Assembly: GCA_050950285.1 (NCBI GenBank)
Contig: JBMNHG010000007.1
Coordinates: 1-33,165, forward strand
DNA: 33,165 bases
Direction: 5' to 3'
DNA from: Kiritimatiellia bacterium
GTDB lineage: Bacteria > Verrucomicrobiota > Kiritimatiellia > RFP12 > JBMNHG01
Made by a program: the position numbers and the translations under genes. Shown here one piece after another: positions 1-9,305 of this stretch. The notes below the pieces were generated by a model. The model was not told the DNA's origin. It saw only the letters and a list, made by a program, of their open reading frames with translations, and searched no databases. Numbering within the stretch: position 1 is the stretch's first letter; every line of letters begins with the position of its first letter.

Positions 1-2
1 TG

Positions 3-287
3 CTAGTGCTGAAGATCAAGCATGTCGGCCCCCACGCGCCAACCGCCGTTCAAACCATCGGGGCAGCGGCGGAAGGGAATGAGACCGCCGAGGGATCGAG
101 CTTTGTTGTGGGCACCGGCGGCAATGGGCTGGACTTCTGGGTCCTCTCGCGAATCGGATACTTCCATGACGGCGGCAGGAAGCTCTACATGTACGTGCGG
201 AAGCTGACCGTGGATGAAACCGGCCATGTCCGGGGGATCAGCGGCGAAACGAGGGTCGAAGTGGAAACACCTGTGGTTGAGGGTTGA
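3..287 (+). CDS. Hypothetical protein, C-terminal part (5' truncated by window), possibly phage virion protein
   Basis: Frame open from the window start; stop 3 bp before the next ATG (operon-like packing); beta-rich composition. Confidence 0.6.
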   Translation, partial: LVLKIKHVGPHAPTAVQTIGAAAEGNETAEGSSFVVGTGGNGLDFWVLSRIGYFHDGGRKLYMYVRKLTVDETGHVRGISGETRVEVETPVVEG

Positions 288-290
288 GCG

Positions 291-941
291 ATGGCTTACG
301 GAAACCTTGTCAGAGACGGCGCAACCGGGCACCTGAATTACGACAGTGCCACGGGCCATCTGGTTTTTCGGAACTGGGTGGACATCGCGTCTGCCGGGCA
401 ATGGAGGAAGTACGGGTACAACAGTCTCAACGATCCGTCGGCCTATCCCTCCATGATGAGCGTGTACCCCGGCGCGTGGGCTGCTTTGCAGGCCGACGCA
501 TGGGACGGCAGCAGCTACGGGTATCTTTACACGCAGTCGGACTGGGGACAGTCTCATCCGACCGGCGGCAACTATTACACGTCCGTCTGGCTCTATGCGG
601 GCTGCATGCGGTTCAACACGGCGGCCTACAAGGGCAAGACGCTGTACAAGATTCGGGTGTCGTGCGCCTACTACCGCAAGAACACGGTGTGCGATTACCG
701 GCTGACCTATCAGACCGATGCGGGGACCGTTCCGGACGACTCGTGGGCATGGACTACCGCCAGCCCATTCGTGAATGTGCCGGGGACAGGCTACTCGATT
801 CTGACGCTGGGCACGCCGCTGGTGCTCGACGACACGCTCTGGCTGACATCGTGGATTTCCGACTACACGCCGCCCACCAGCGCCTTGCAGGACAACTTCT
901 TCAGGATCGATTCACCGGTAAGGATGTACTTCCAGGATTGA
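291..941 (+). CDS. Hypothetical aromatic/beta-rich protein, possibly phage tail-associated
   Basis: 216 aa, ATG start, tightly packed between neighbours, Y/W/S/T-rich, N-terminal DGATGHL/DSATGHL duplication. Confidence 0.65.
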   Translation: MAYGNLVRDGATGHLNYDSATGHLVFRNWVDIASAGQWRKYGYNSLNDPSAYPSMMSVYPGAWAALQADAWDGSSYGYLYTQSDWGQSHPTGGNYYTSVWLYAGCMRFNTAAYKGKTLYKIRVSCAYYRKNTVCDYRLTYQTDAGTVPDDSWAWTTASPFVNVPGTGYSILTLGTPLVLDDTLWLTSWISDYTPPTSALQDNFFRIDSPVRMYFQD

Positions 942-945
942 GGAT

Positions 946-1890
946 ATGAAAGCGACGATCTGCATTCCGACATGGACTACGGGCCATCACATGCTGATGG
1001 ATTGCGTGAAGAACGTGCGCGAGACTACCGCGTCCGAGCCTGTCGTCTGGCGAACGGACGCGAACGTCGCAGTGGCCAGGAGCGAGGCCACGGCGGCGGC
1101 GGACACTGACTACATCTGCTTCCTGGACACGGATGCGTTCCCGCAGGAAAACGGCTGGCTGGACCGGCTGGTACAGACCGCCGAAGAGTCCGGGGCCGAC
1201 ATCGTGTCGCCGAACGAGGTTCTGTGGTTCTCGCCGTCGAAGACGAAGGCGCTGTGGCCCGAGAGCGCCGCACCCTACGTCGTGGGCGGTCCGCCGACGG
1301 TCGCGGGAATGTGCGTGCTGGTGAGGCGCGGCAAGGGCGTCTGGGACACCCACATGGGGCTGACGCATGGCAGACTTGGCCCGTGCATCGAGGATACGGA
1401 CTTCGCCTACAGCGTAGCGGCGCAAGGCGGCCTGCACGTGAAGGAGCCCCGTGTCCACGTCATCCACAAGGACCGGGGAGCGCCCGACTTCGAGACGTGG
1501 CGGCTGACGCACGAGTACCTCTGCTATGAGATCATGTCGAAGCTGCTCGTCTACAAATGGGAAGTGCTTCCGCCCGAGGAGAGGGCGGGCTTCTTTTCCG
1601 GCCTTGGAAGCGTTCCGGGCAAGAGCCAGCGGTATCTGGCCGACGGATACGGCATCAAGGACCTGATCGAATGCTACGCGCCGGTTGCGGAGAAGATTCC
1701 GGACAAGGCGAACGAGGCACTATGGGGGATCGAGAGCCTGGCGGAACACCATTTGCGGACCCTCAGGCGCGAGGAGAAGCAGAGATGGAAGGGCCGCGAC
1801 GATGTGCCGGAAGCCCTCACCAGGAACATCCAGGGCGATTGGGGCGGTCCGGGGTCAGTCCGAACGCCACGGGTACGAGCGCGTCAGTGA
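946..1890 (+). CDS. GT-A fold (family 2-like) glycosyltransferase
   Basis: N-terminal TICIPT strand, A-R-x-x-A...YICFLDTD (DxD), later IEDTDF motif; GAGGA RBS upstream. Confidence 0.75.
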   Translation: MKATICIPTWTTGHHMLMDCVKNVRETTASEPVVWRTDANVAVARSEATAAADTDYICFLDTDAFPQENGWLDRLVQTAEESGADIVSPNEVLWFSPSKTKALWPESAAPYVVGGPPTVAGMCVLVRRGKGVWDTHMGLTHGRLGPCIEDTDFAYSVAAQGGLHVKEPRVHVIHKDRGAPDFETWRLTHEYLCYEIMSKLLVYKWEVLPPEERAGFFSGLGSVPGKSQRYLADGYGIKDLIECYAPVAEKIPDKANEALWGIESLAEHHLRTLRREEKQRWKGRDDVPEALTRNIQGDWGGPGSVRTPRVRARQ

Positions 1891-1942
1891 ACGGCAGAAA
1901 AGCCGACTTCAAAAGGCATGCGGAAACTGCTACATTGCTCGC

Positions 1943-3207
1943 ATGAGTCGCTTTGCCGTTACCAGCCCTGATCAAATAGTGTCCATACTTCGGACGTTTG
2001 CGGCCTTCGATGGTATTCGTTGGGCCAACGCGCCGAATTACAACCTGATCAACTACTGCTCCGAAGACCTGTCCGACGACGAGAAGATTCTGACGCATTG
2101 GCTCAGTTACATCGCCGACAGGCAAATGCCATTCATGCGCGTATGGGAGGTCGGCGGTTATGTCCTCTCCCAATCTCGTGCGGGAGTTCGAGAGATCGGG
2201 CAGGCCGATGAAGGCGCTTGCCGACGAGCACATACAGCGTCGCCCGGGGGGAGGACGGCAAAGACAAGATCGTGTTCCAGTCTCCAAAGGACGGACCCAA
2301 CAGACGCCTTGAGCTTCAAGGCATAACACGAGGGCCAGTTCGATTTGCCTCCCGATACATCCCAGAAGACGCCTTGCTCATGTTCCGCACGCTCACCTTG
2401 CTTGAGAAAGTCGCGGACAGACGTTTCGCTGGGTTTGCGGCGCTGTTCATCTCGGACTCGGCAGGAATCGGTGAAAACATGCGCCGCCTTGCCATTGCGC
2501 TCGACGGGCTCACCTATTCGGCCGCTGGAGCCATAACGGCTGGCCAACTGGCCGACAGGCTGAGAGATCTGCCAGGTTCGTTGGCGCAAGACGTGTCAGC
2601 GATCCGCAGGGACCCCTCGGCGTGGCTGGAGGCGAGGCGGAAGGTATTCCGTCCCTTCGGCAAGAAGCGTCTCTGGTGCTCGTTGAGAGACTACCTAAAG
2701 AGCCCGGAATTCAATCCCTGCTTCGTGCAAGCTCTTGCTGATGCGGGTTTGAGAAATGCCCATCGATGGAAGTCGACGGACCAGGAATTGCGCCGCTCGC
2801 TCGATCAGTTAGAGTTGCCCGGCGATGTTTGGAACAACAACGAGGTCTTTGCGAACGGCCTGTTCTTGCCTTACTTGCAGAACAAGCCAAAGACGTGGGA
2901 TATGCCCCGGACTGTCCGGGAGATATACAAGGCGATTAATGGCCGAGTGCGGGGGGTGTTTTACCCTGAGCAACTCGACGTGACCTTTGACTTCGTGCCA
3001 CGAATGTGCGAGCGGCAGATGTGCCATGTCTGCCCGTTCGGCGGGGGCGTGTCCAGTCTCTGTCACCAGCAGCGGAACCTGCTCTGTCCTGTTCCGCTGG
3101 TTTCCTGCGGATACCAGCACAGGTGCCGTCCTGAGCAATGCGGATTCAAATCCGATGCCACGAGTGGCGTCTGTCGGCATTGGCAGGCTATCACCACTGA
3201 ACAGTAA
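1943..3207 (+). pseudogene. Frameshifted Cys-rich protein with HhH-GPD/EndoIII-like features
   Basis: N-terminal part starts ATG 1943 (MSRFAVT...WEVGGYVLS) and continues in another frame (ORF 2218-3207). KKRLWCSLRDYLK, LELPGDVWN and CERQMCHVCPF motifs. Frame break between 2169 and 2251. Confidence 0.6.
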
Positions 3208-3216
3208 CGTGGCCAC

Positions 3217-3651
3217 TCATGCATCTTCGGCAACCCGTCCGGCCTGCTGATCGAAGGCCAACCCCTTCCACAACCTCCGCTGCTTACGCCACTCGAGCTC
3301 GGCGGCGATGGGGCGGATGTGTGTCTCGCGGATCGGGTCGCGGCCCTTGACGGTGCGCGGCAGGAAGAGGAGCGCCTCCTGAATCTCCGGCGCGAGTTGC
3401 AGCAGGTTCATGACCTGAGTGACGCGGGCGCGGCTCACGTTGCCCAGCCGCGCCAGGTCGGCCTGATCCGTGATCTCGCCTTCCTTGATCAGCCGGTCGA
3501 AGCGGATCGCCAGAGCCATCAGGCGCGAGATGCGCGGGATTCGGCCCTCGGGCACGGGCGACGGCTCCGGCGGCGGGCTGTCCTGCATGACCTTGCGGGT
3601 GTGCAGCCCCCGCGTGAAGTAGACCTCCTTCTTGATGCTTATCGGTCGCAT
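3217..3651 (-). CDS. Conserved HTH-like protein accompanying DUF2924/serine recombinase modules
   Basis: PRISRLMALAIRFDRLI...DLARLGNVSRARVTQVMNLLQLAPEIQE motif; overlaps the recombinase stop. Confidence 0.8.
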   Translation of the reverse strand: MRPISIKKEVYFTRGLHTRKVMQDSPPPEPSPVPEGRIPRISRLMALAIRFDRLIKEGEITDQADLARLGNVSRARVTQVMNLLQLAPEIQEALLFLPRTVKGRDPIRETHIRPIAAELEWRKQRRLWKGLAFDQQAGRVAEDA

Positions 3652-5213
3652 GTCGTTGCCTCCTGTCGTTTGAGTTCATCGGCCAGCGTCTTGATGCCGG
3701 TCGGGTGGAAGGTGATCTCGACGGTGCCGTTGGGCCCGTCATAGTCCACGCGCTCGATCAGCAGGTGCAGGATGCGGGCCTGCTCACGTGCGCTCAAGGT
3801 CTCCCAGAGCGGGTCAAACAACGCGCACGCCTCGCCAACCTCGCGGGCGTCCACCAGCTCGCGGGAGAGGGCGAGAATCTGCTCGCGGACCTCCGTGGCG
3901 CGTTGCTCGGCGGTGCGGATGCGCTCCTGGACGTCGGCCAGGCGGTCGGTCGCTTGGCCGTTCTTGCCGATCAACTTGCGCAGGTCGGCGTTGTGGCGGC
4001 CCAGTTCGCGCTCTAGCGTGCGCTTCTCGACCTCCAGCTTGCCGATGGCCTCCTCGCGCTGGCGGCGGCATTCGGCCAGCGTCTCGTTGAGCAGGTTCGT
4101 GTCCCGCCCGATGCTCTTGACCTGGTCGACCACGAACCTCTCCATTTCGGGCGCGGGCACCGACGGCGTGGGGCAGGCCTGCCAGCCGCGTTTCTGGGCG
4201 TTCGTGCAGCAGTAGTACCGGTAGACCTTGCCGCCGTTGTCGGACAGGCGTTTGACGGTGTGCGATGGAGCCATCGCGCAGTCGCAGGTGACGCAGCGCA
4301 CCAGGCCCTTGAGGAGCGCCCCGTGGCGGTTACGGACGTGGGCCCCGCCGGTGCGGCCGTTGCGCTTGAGCAGGTGCTGGGCGCGGTCGAAGATCTCGGC
4401 GTCCACGATGGCCGGGTGCTCGCCATCGTAAATCTCGTCCTTGTAGGTGATCTTGCCGAGGTAAACGCGGTTCGTCAGCAGTCGGAACAGGCTGTTCTTG
4501 TCGAACGGCCTGCCGCCCATCTCGCGGCCGCGCGTCGAAGTCCAGTGCTTCGTTCTCCATCCTCGTTCTTCCAGGAGCGCCGACGTGGTCAGGAGCGACT
4601 GGCGGTCCAGGTATAGCTCGAAGATGTCACGCACGCGGGCTGCCTCGTCATCGTTGACCCGCAGGCGGCCGCCGTTCTCGACCACATCGTAGCCCAGCAT
4701 GGGGTAGCCGCCGGTCCACTTGCCCTTGCGGCGCGTGGCGGCGATCTTGTCGCGGGTGCGCTCGGAGATCATCTCGCGCTCGAACTGGGCGAACGACAGC
4801 AGCACGTTGAGCATCAGGCGACCCATCGAGGTGCTGGTGTTGAACTGCTGGGTGACCGAGACGAACGCGACCTTGTGCCGTTCGAGCACGTCCATGATCT
4901 TGGAGAAGTCGATCAACGAGCGGCTCAGGCGGTCGACCTTGTAGACCACGATGGAGTCCACCTGGCCCGCCTCGATGTCGGCCATCAGGCGCTGGAGCGC
5001 CGGGCGATCCATGTTGCCGCCGGTGAACCCGCCGTCGTCGTAGCGGTCGGGCAGGCAGACCCAGCCCTCCGAGACCTGGCTGGCGATGAACAGTTCGCCC
5101 GCCTGCCGCTGGGCGTCCAGGCTGTTGAACTCCTGCTCCAGGCCGTCCTCGGTGCTCTTGCGGGTGTAGACCGCGCATCGGACGGTCGGCGGCTTCTCGG
5201 TCGCCTTACTCAT
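3639..5213 (-). CDS. Large serine recombinase (resolvase + recombinase + Zn-ribbon + coiled coil)
   Basis: Catalytic YTRKST, VYKVDRLSRS, AQFEREMISERTRDK, recombinase-domain YLGK, Zn ribbon CVTC...YYCC...C; 524 aa. Confidence 0.95.
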   Translation of the reverse strand: MSKATEKPPTVRCAVYTRKSTEDGLEQEFNSLDAQRQAGELFIASQVSEGWVCLPDRYDDGGFTGGNMDRPALQRLMADIEAGQVDSIVVYKVDRLSRSLIDFSKIMDVLERHKVAFVSVTQQFNTSTSMGRLMLNVLLSFAQFEREMISERTRDKIAATRRKGKWTGGYPMLGYDVVENGGRLRVNDDEAARVRDIFELYLDRQSLLTTSALLEERGWRTKHWTSTRGREMGGRPFDKNSLFRLLTNRVYLGKITYKDEIYDGEHPAIVDAEIFDRAQHLLKRNGRTGGAHVRNRHGALLKGLVRCVTCDCAMAPSHTVKRLSDNGGKVYRYYCCTNAQKRGWQACPTPSVPAPEMERFVVDQVKSIGRDTNLLNETLAECRRQREEAIGKLEVEKRTLERELGRHNADLRKLIGKNGQATDRLADVQERIRTAEQRATEVREQILALSRELVDAREVGEACALFDPLWETLSAREQARILHLLIERVDYDGPNGTVEITFHPTGIKTLADELKRQEATTCDR

Positions 5214-5706
5214 CGTCGCCTCCGTTTCGTTTCAGGTTGAAGAAGTGGTAGCCGTTCCAGTGGGTGCCCGTGATGGCCTTGGCGACCGCCGAGAGCGTGC
5301 GGTAGACCTCGCCCTCGTGCTCGAAGCCCTTGGGCAGGACACGCACGACGATCTCGCGGCCCTTGTAGAGGCGCTTGATGTTCGATCCGGCCATCGGCAG
5401 GCGCGAGTCGCTGTCGAAGGCCACCGAGGTCTGCCGGGTGAGCGCGGGCCGGTCCTCGGTCTTTCGGACCTTCGGCGCGGTGGTGCGCAGGTCGGCGTCG
5501 TTGGCCAGTTCGTCGGCCCGACGCCTCGCTTGCTCGGACAGGTCGCCGTGGGCGTTGGCCTGCAACCGCCAGGCGATGCGTTTGACCAGGTAGTCCCGGT
5601 TGCCGGTGCGCGTCGGCTCCCCGAAGGCATCGACGTGTTTGGATCGCAGTTCCGAGACCGTCATGCGGCCCAGGGCGGCGACCTCTCTGGCGACGTTCTG
5701 CGTCAT
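5206..5706 (-). CDS. DUF2924 domain-containing protein
   Basis: YLVKRIAWRLQ and FEHEGEVYRTLSAVAKAITGTHWNGYHFF signature; 8-bp overlap with the recombinase start. Confidence 0.9.
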   Translation of the reverse strand: MTQNVAREVAALGRMTVSELRSKHVDAFGEPTRTGNRDYLVKRIAWRLQANAHGDLSEQARRRADELANDADLRTTAPKVRKTEDRPALTRQTSVAFDSDSRLPMAGSNIKRLYKGREIVVRVLPKGFEHEGEVYRTLSAVAKAITGTHWNGYHFFNLKRNGGDDE

Positions 5707-6017
5707 GGTTTGCGTGCTCCTTTCATGTGTTCGTTCGCTGTTTCTCGTGCCTGCCGAGAGGCTGGCGACGTGAACACATGAAGGCTCGTTCTCGCCCCCT
5801 CATCAAGGGCTTCCCGACCTCTTTTCGAAGTATTTTCGGGCGTGCGGGAGGGACTCGAACCTGGCGCGTTCTCGGCGCTCCGGCGCAGGCGCAGGACGCC
5901 TCTGGCGAGGATGGCCGCGACCTCGCGGCGGCGCTGGTCGGGGGTCATGGCTGCGGGGTCGCGGGTCGCGTCGTGGGCGATGGACGCCGGTCGTTCTGTC
6001 GGTGCGGATGCTGGCAT
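5703..6017 (-). CDS. Small hypothetical protein upstream of DUF2924
   Basis: GAAAGGAG RBS; MTPDQRRREVAAILARGVLRL motif typical of this module; ATGA overlap with DUF2924. Confidence 0.65.
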   Translation of the reverse strand: MPASAPTERPASIAHDATRDPAAMTPDQRRREVAAILARGVLRLRRSAENAPGSSPSRTPENTSKRGREALDEGARTSLHVFTSPASRQARETANEHMKGARKP

Positions 6018-6153
6018 TGCGGGCTCCTTTCGGGTTGTCCGCCTTCGCCCTGGGGGCTGCGGCGCGACGGGCCCACAACGGCCTTCGCCTGGCGACCGGT
6101 CCGATGTCTGGCGGGTTGATGCTGCTCGTCTACGGATTACATACGCGCCGGAA

Positions 6154-6197
6154 GTTCGAAATGGCGCTGGGGTCCGGTACGAACGAACCTGTTAACC
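6154..6197 (+). repeat. Direct repeat copy 1 (left flank of stress operon)
   Basis: 35/44 identity to 10909-10952, ungapped, including identical 18-mer CGAACGAACCTGTTAACC. Confidence 0.85.
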
Positions 6198-6220
6198 GGC
6201 CCTTGTGGCCCGCGGGATCA

Positions 6221-6249
6221 TTGACACGGCACCGGCGCGATGCTATATT
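6221..6249 (+). promoter_or_regulatory. Sigma70-type promoter of the ArsR-hcp operon
   Basis: TTGACA (6221-6226), 17-bp spacer ending TGc, TATATT (6244-6249). Confidence 0.85.
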
Positions 6250-6262
6250 CAAGCTTTTGAAT
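6247..6262. promoter_or_regulatory. Putative ArsR-family operator
   Basis: ATTCAA-gctt-TTGAAT inverted repeat (ATTC-N8-GAAT) overlapping the -10/TSS. Confidence 0.7.
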
Positions 6263-6282
6263 GTTCCCGCAAAGAGGCTGAC

Positions 6283-6645
6283 ATGACTGATTCACAGAGA
6301 TGGGGCAAATCAGCGAACCTGTTGAGGATGCTCGGACATCCGGTGCGGCTGGCGCTGATTGAGGAACTGTCCAAGGCTCCGAAGTGCGTCACGGACATCC
6401 AGGATTTGCTGGACGTCCGTCAGGCGAATGTCTCACAGCATCTGGCCGTACTGCGCGAGGCGGAGATTGTGGACTTCCATGAGGAAGGCAATCTTCGCTG
6501 CTACTACATCCTGAGGCCCACCTTGGTCCGCGAGTTGGTACGCTTCCTCGGGAAGGATCACCCGTTGAAGCCGAGGAGCGCGGAACAGATACGGCGTGCG
6601 TGCCGGAACACGATGAAGATCCACCAGAAGACCGATCATCGATGA
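6283..6645 (+). CDS. ArsR/SmtB family transcriptional regulator
   Basis: LGHPVRLALIEEL...CVTDI...QANVSQHLAVLREAEIV winged HTH; AGAGG RBS before ATG 6283. Confidence 0.92.
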   Translation: MTDSQRWGKSANLLRMLGHPVRLALIEELSKAPKCVTDIQDLLDVRQANVSQHLAVLREAEIVDFHEEGNLRCYYILRPTLVRELVRFLGKDHPLKPRSAEQIRRACRNTMKIHQKTDHR

Positions 6646-6676
6646 GATGTTGACCGACAAAGAGAGGAACGAAACC

Positions 6677-7030
6677 ATGACCGTGTTGTTGATCTTCAAT
6701 CACGCGCCCTACGATGGGACTGATGTGACCTGGAACGCCCTGCGGTTGGCGGGGCAACTCAAGAAAGACGGGGCCGAGGTGCGGCTCTTTCTCATGAACG
6801 ATTCAGTAGATCTGGCCCGCGACGGCATCCCTGTGCCTGAGGGCGCCTCTGATATGGTCCAGATGACCAAGGACCTGATCGCCGCCGGAGTGTCGGTGAA
6901 GGTCTGCGGCACCTGCCAGGCGCGATGCGGTATTCGCAAGGGTGATCCCTACTACGAAGGTGCCCGGAAAGCCACGATGGCCGAGTTGTCTGAATGGGTG
7001 ATGCATAGCGATCAGGTGCTGACGTTCTGA
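6677..7030 (+). CDS. DsrE/YchN family protein
   Basis: NHAPY, ALRLA, LFLMNDSV, VCGTCQARCG motifs; GAGG RBS. Confidence 0.88.
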   Translation: MTVLLIFNHAPYDGTDVTWNALRLAGQLKKDGAEVRLFLMNDSVDLARDGIPVPEGASDMVQMTKDLIAAGVSVKVCGTCQARCGIRKGDPYYEGARKATMAELSEWVMHSDQVLTF

Positions 7031-7056
7031 CGGGTCTTCATTGGAAGGAGTGAATC

Positions 7057-7551
7057 ATGTCTCAGGAAACCCAGCCGACCGATCCGGCGTCATCAAATCA
7101 GCCGCCGTTGCGCCCAACGGCGTTAATGAACTTCAAGAAGACGGATTCCGAGTTGGCAAAGATTGTCGGAGCCTTCTGGCAACTGATCTGGGCCCGCAAG
7201 TCACCCGCTATCGATCAGAAGACTCGGTATCTGCTCTCGCTGGCAAATGCCGTCGGCGCGGGGCGGTTCAGGCAGGCGACCCGGGAACTCGTCAAGGCTT
7301 ACGCAATCGGCACAACGGTCGAGGAACTGGATGAACTGTTCAGCCTGTTCGTCTGGAACCAGGGTGCCGGAACGTTCGCCTCCGAGATCGGCCCTTCTTC
7401 CCTGTTCGCCGCCTATCAGATGGCGAAGGAGATGGAAGGGAACAAGGCTTCGCGCGATGAGGTCGTAGAGGCTTTGAAGAAACACTTTGGCGAGGAAAAC
7501 CCCGCCGTTGGAACCCGTTATCAACCCGAAGAAAGGAAAGAAACACGATGA
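7057..7551 (+). CDS. Carboxymuconolactone decarboxylase (CMD/AhpD-like) family protein
   Basis: AIDQKTRYLLSLA...KAYAIGTTVEELDE pattern; no CxxC; AAGGAG RBS. Confidence 0.75.
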   Translation: MSQETQPTDPASSNQPPLRPTALMNFKKTDSELAKIVGAFWQLIWARKSPAIDQKTRYLLSLANAVGAGRFRQATRELVKAYAIGTTVEELDELFSLFVWNQGAGTFASEIGPSSLFAAYQMAKEMEGNKASRDEVVEALKKHFGEENPAVGTRYQPEERKETR

Positions 7552-9212
7552 GTATGTTTTGCTACCAGTGTGAACAAACCGCCAGAGGAACCGGCTGCAC
7601 CGCGCATGGCGTATGCGGGAAAGACCCGGAGACCGCCGCGCTTCAAGACCTCGCGATTCACATCGCCGAAGGAGTCAGCCAGTACGCGCATCGGGCTCGG
7701 CCCCTGGGCGTAACCCATCGTCCAGCGGATCTGTTCGTCGTCGAGGCCCTGTTCGCCACGGTGACGAACGTGGACTTCGATCCTCAGCGCTTGGCGGAGC
7801 TGATTCGACGCGGTGCGGCAGTCCGTGCTGAGATCAGGCGGGCTTATGAAGCCGCCTGCCGGAAAGCCGGTCAGCAGCCGCAGCCGTTGGCGCATGATGC
7901 GGCCATCGAGCCCTCCGGCGACCTCAATGAGATGATTCGCCAGGGCGAGCAGGTCACCATCCAAAAGCGCATCGAGGCGCTGGGCGACGACGTGGCGGGC
8001 CTTCAGGAACTGATCACCTATGGCCTGAAAGGCATGGTGGCTTACGTTGACCACGCGATGATCCTCGGCGTCGAGGACGATGCGGTCTATGCGTTCATCC
8101 ACGAGGCGATGGACTTCCTCGCAGGGAACCCGGCGGACGTGGATACCCTCGTCGGCATGGCCATGCGGGTTGGAGAAGTCAATCTCAAGGCCATGGAACT
8201 GCTCGATGCCGCCAACACGGGCACATACGGCCATCCCGAGCCAACCCAGGTCCGGGTCACCCCCGTCAAGGGCAAGTGCATCGTGGTCTCGGGCCACGAC
8301 CTCAAGGACCTGAAGATGCTTCTGGAGCAGACCGAGGGCAAGGGGATCAACGTCTACACGCACGGGGAGATGCTGCCCTGCCTGGCGTACCCGGAGCTGA
8401 AGAAGCACAAGCATCTCGTGGGCAACTATGGCGGGGCCTGGCAGGATCAGCGGCAGGAGTTCGACGCCTTTCCTGGATCGGTTCTGATGACCACCAACTG
8501 CATCCAGAAGCCCAAGGAGAGCTACTTCGGACGCATCTTCACGACCGGCCTGGTCGCCTGGCCGAACGTCACGCACATTGCCCCCGACGCCAAGGGGAAC
8601 AAAGACTTCACCCCCGTAATCGAGGCGGCGCTATCCGCGCCGGGCTTCGCGGAGGACGCCGAACCCAAGACCATCACCATCGGCTTTGCGCGCAATACCG
8701 TGATGAGCGTCGCAGGGCAAGTGATCGACGCGGTCAAGGCGGGCAAGATTCGTCACTTCTTCCTCATCGGCGGTTGCGACGGAGCCAAGCCCGGCCGTAA
8801 CTACTACACCGAGCTGGCGCAACAGGTGCCGCAGGACTGCGTGATCCTGACGCTTGCCTGCGGGAAGTACCGCTTCAACAAGTTGCCGTTCGGCGACATC
8901 GGCGGTATTCCGCGACTGCTGGACTGCGGGCAGTGCAACGACGCCTATTCCGCCATCCAGATCGCCGTGGCGCTGAGCAAGGCGTTCAACTGCGGGGTCA
9001 ACGAACTTCCGCTGAGCCTGGTGCTGAGTTGGTACGAGCAGAAGGCCGTCTGCATCCTGCTGACGCTGCTGCATCTGGGCATCAAAAACATGCGGCTGGG
9101 ACCGACGCTCCCCGCGTTTGTCGGCCCCAACGTCCTCAAGGTGCTGGTGGAGAAGTTCAACCTCATGCCGATCACAACGCCTGAGAAGGATCTCGCGGCC
9201 ATGCTCGGATAA
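7548..9212 (+). CDS. hcp: Hybrid cluster protein (hydroxylamine/NO reductase)
   Basis: MFCYQCEQT...C...GVCGK cubane motif, SGHDL, YTHGEMLP, TTNC, GGCDG, LACGKY, GQCND, SWYEQKA. Confidence 0.97.
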   Translation: MSMFCYQCEQTARGTGCTAHGVCGKDPETAALQDLAIHIAEGVSQYAHRARPLGVTHRPADLFVVEALFATVTNVDFDPQRLAELIRRGAAVRAEIRRAYEAACRKAGQQPQPLAHDAAIEPSGDLNEMIRQGEQVTIQKRIEALGDDVAGLQELITYGLKGMVAYVDHAMILGVEDDAVYAFIHEAMDFLAGNPADVDTLVGMAMRVGEVNLKAMELLDAANTGTYGHPEPTQVRVTPVKGKCIVVSGHDLKDLKMLLEQTEGKGINVYTHGEMLPCLAYPELKKHKHLVGNYGGAWQDQRQEFDAFPGSVLMTTNCIQKPKESYFGRIFTTGLVAWPNVTHIAPDAKGNKDFTPVIEAALSAPGFAEDAEPKTITIGFARNTVMSVAGQVIDAVKAGKIRHFFLIGGCDGAKPGRNYYTELAQQVPQDCVILTLACGKYRFNKLPFGDIGGIPRLLDCGQCNDAYSAIQIAVALSKAFNCGVNELPLSLVLSWYEQKAVCILLTLLHLGIKNMRLGPTLPAFVGPNVLKVLVEKFNLMPITTPEKDLAAMLG

Positions 9213-9219
9213 ACGTTAC

Positions 9220-9245
9220 GCGGGGCCGCCGACGGGCGGCCCCGC
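9220..9245 (+). other. Intergenic hairpin (11-bp perfect stem) after hcp
   Basis: GCGGGGCCGCC-gacg-GGCGGCCCCGC with no U-tract; second hairpin GATGCGC-ggaaa-GCGCATC at 9261-9279. Confidence 0.7.
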
Positions 9246-9305
9246 TCGAATCACGGTGCGGATGCGCGGAAAGCGCATCCTGTCGAAGAAAGGAGTACCT
9301 CACCC

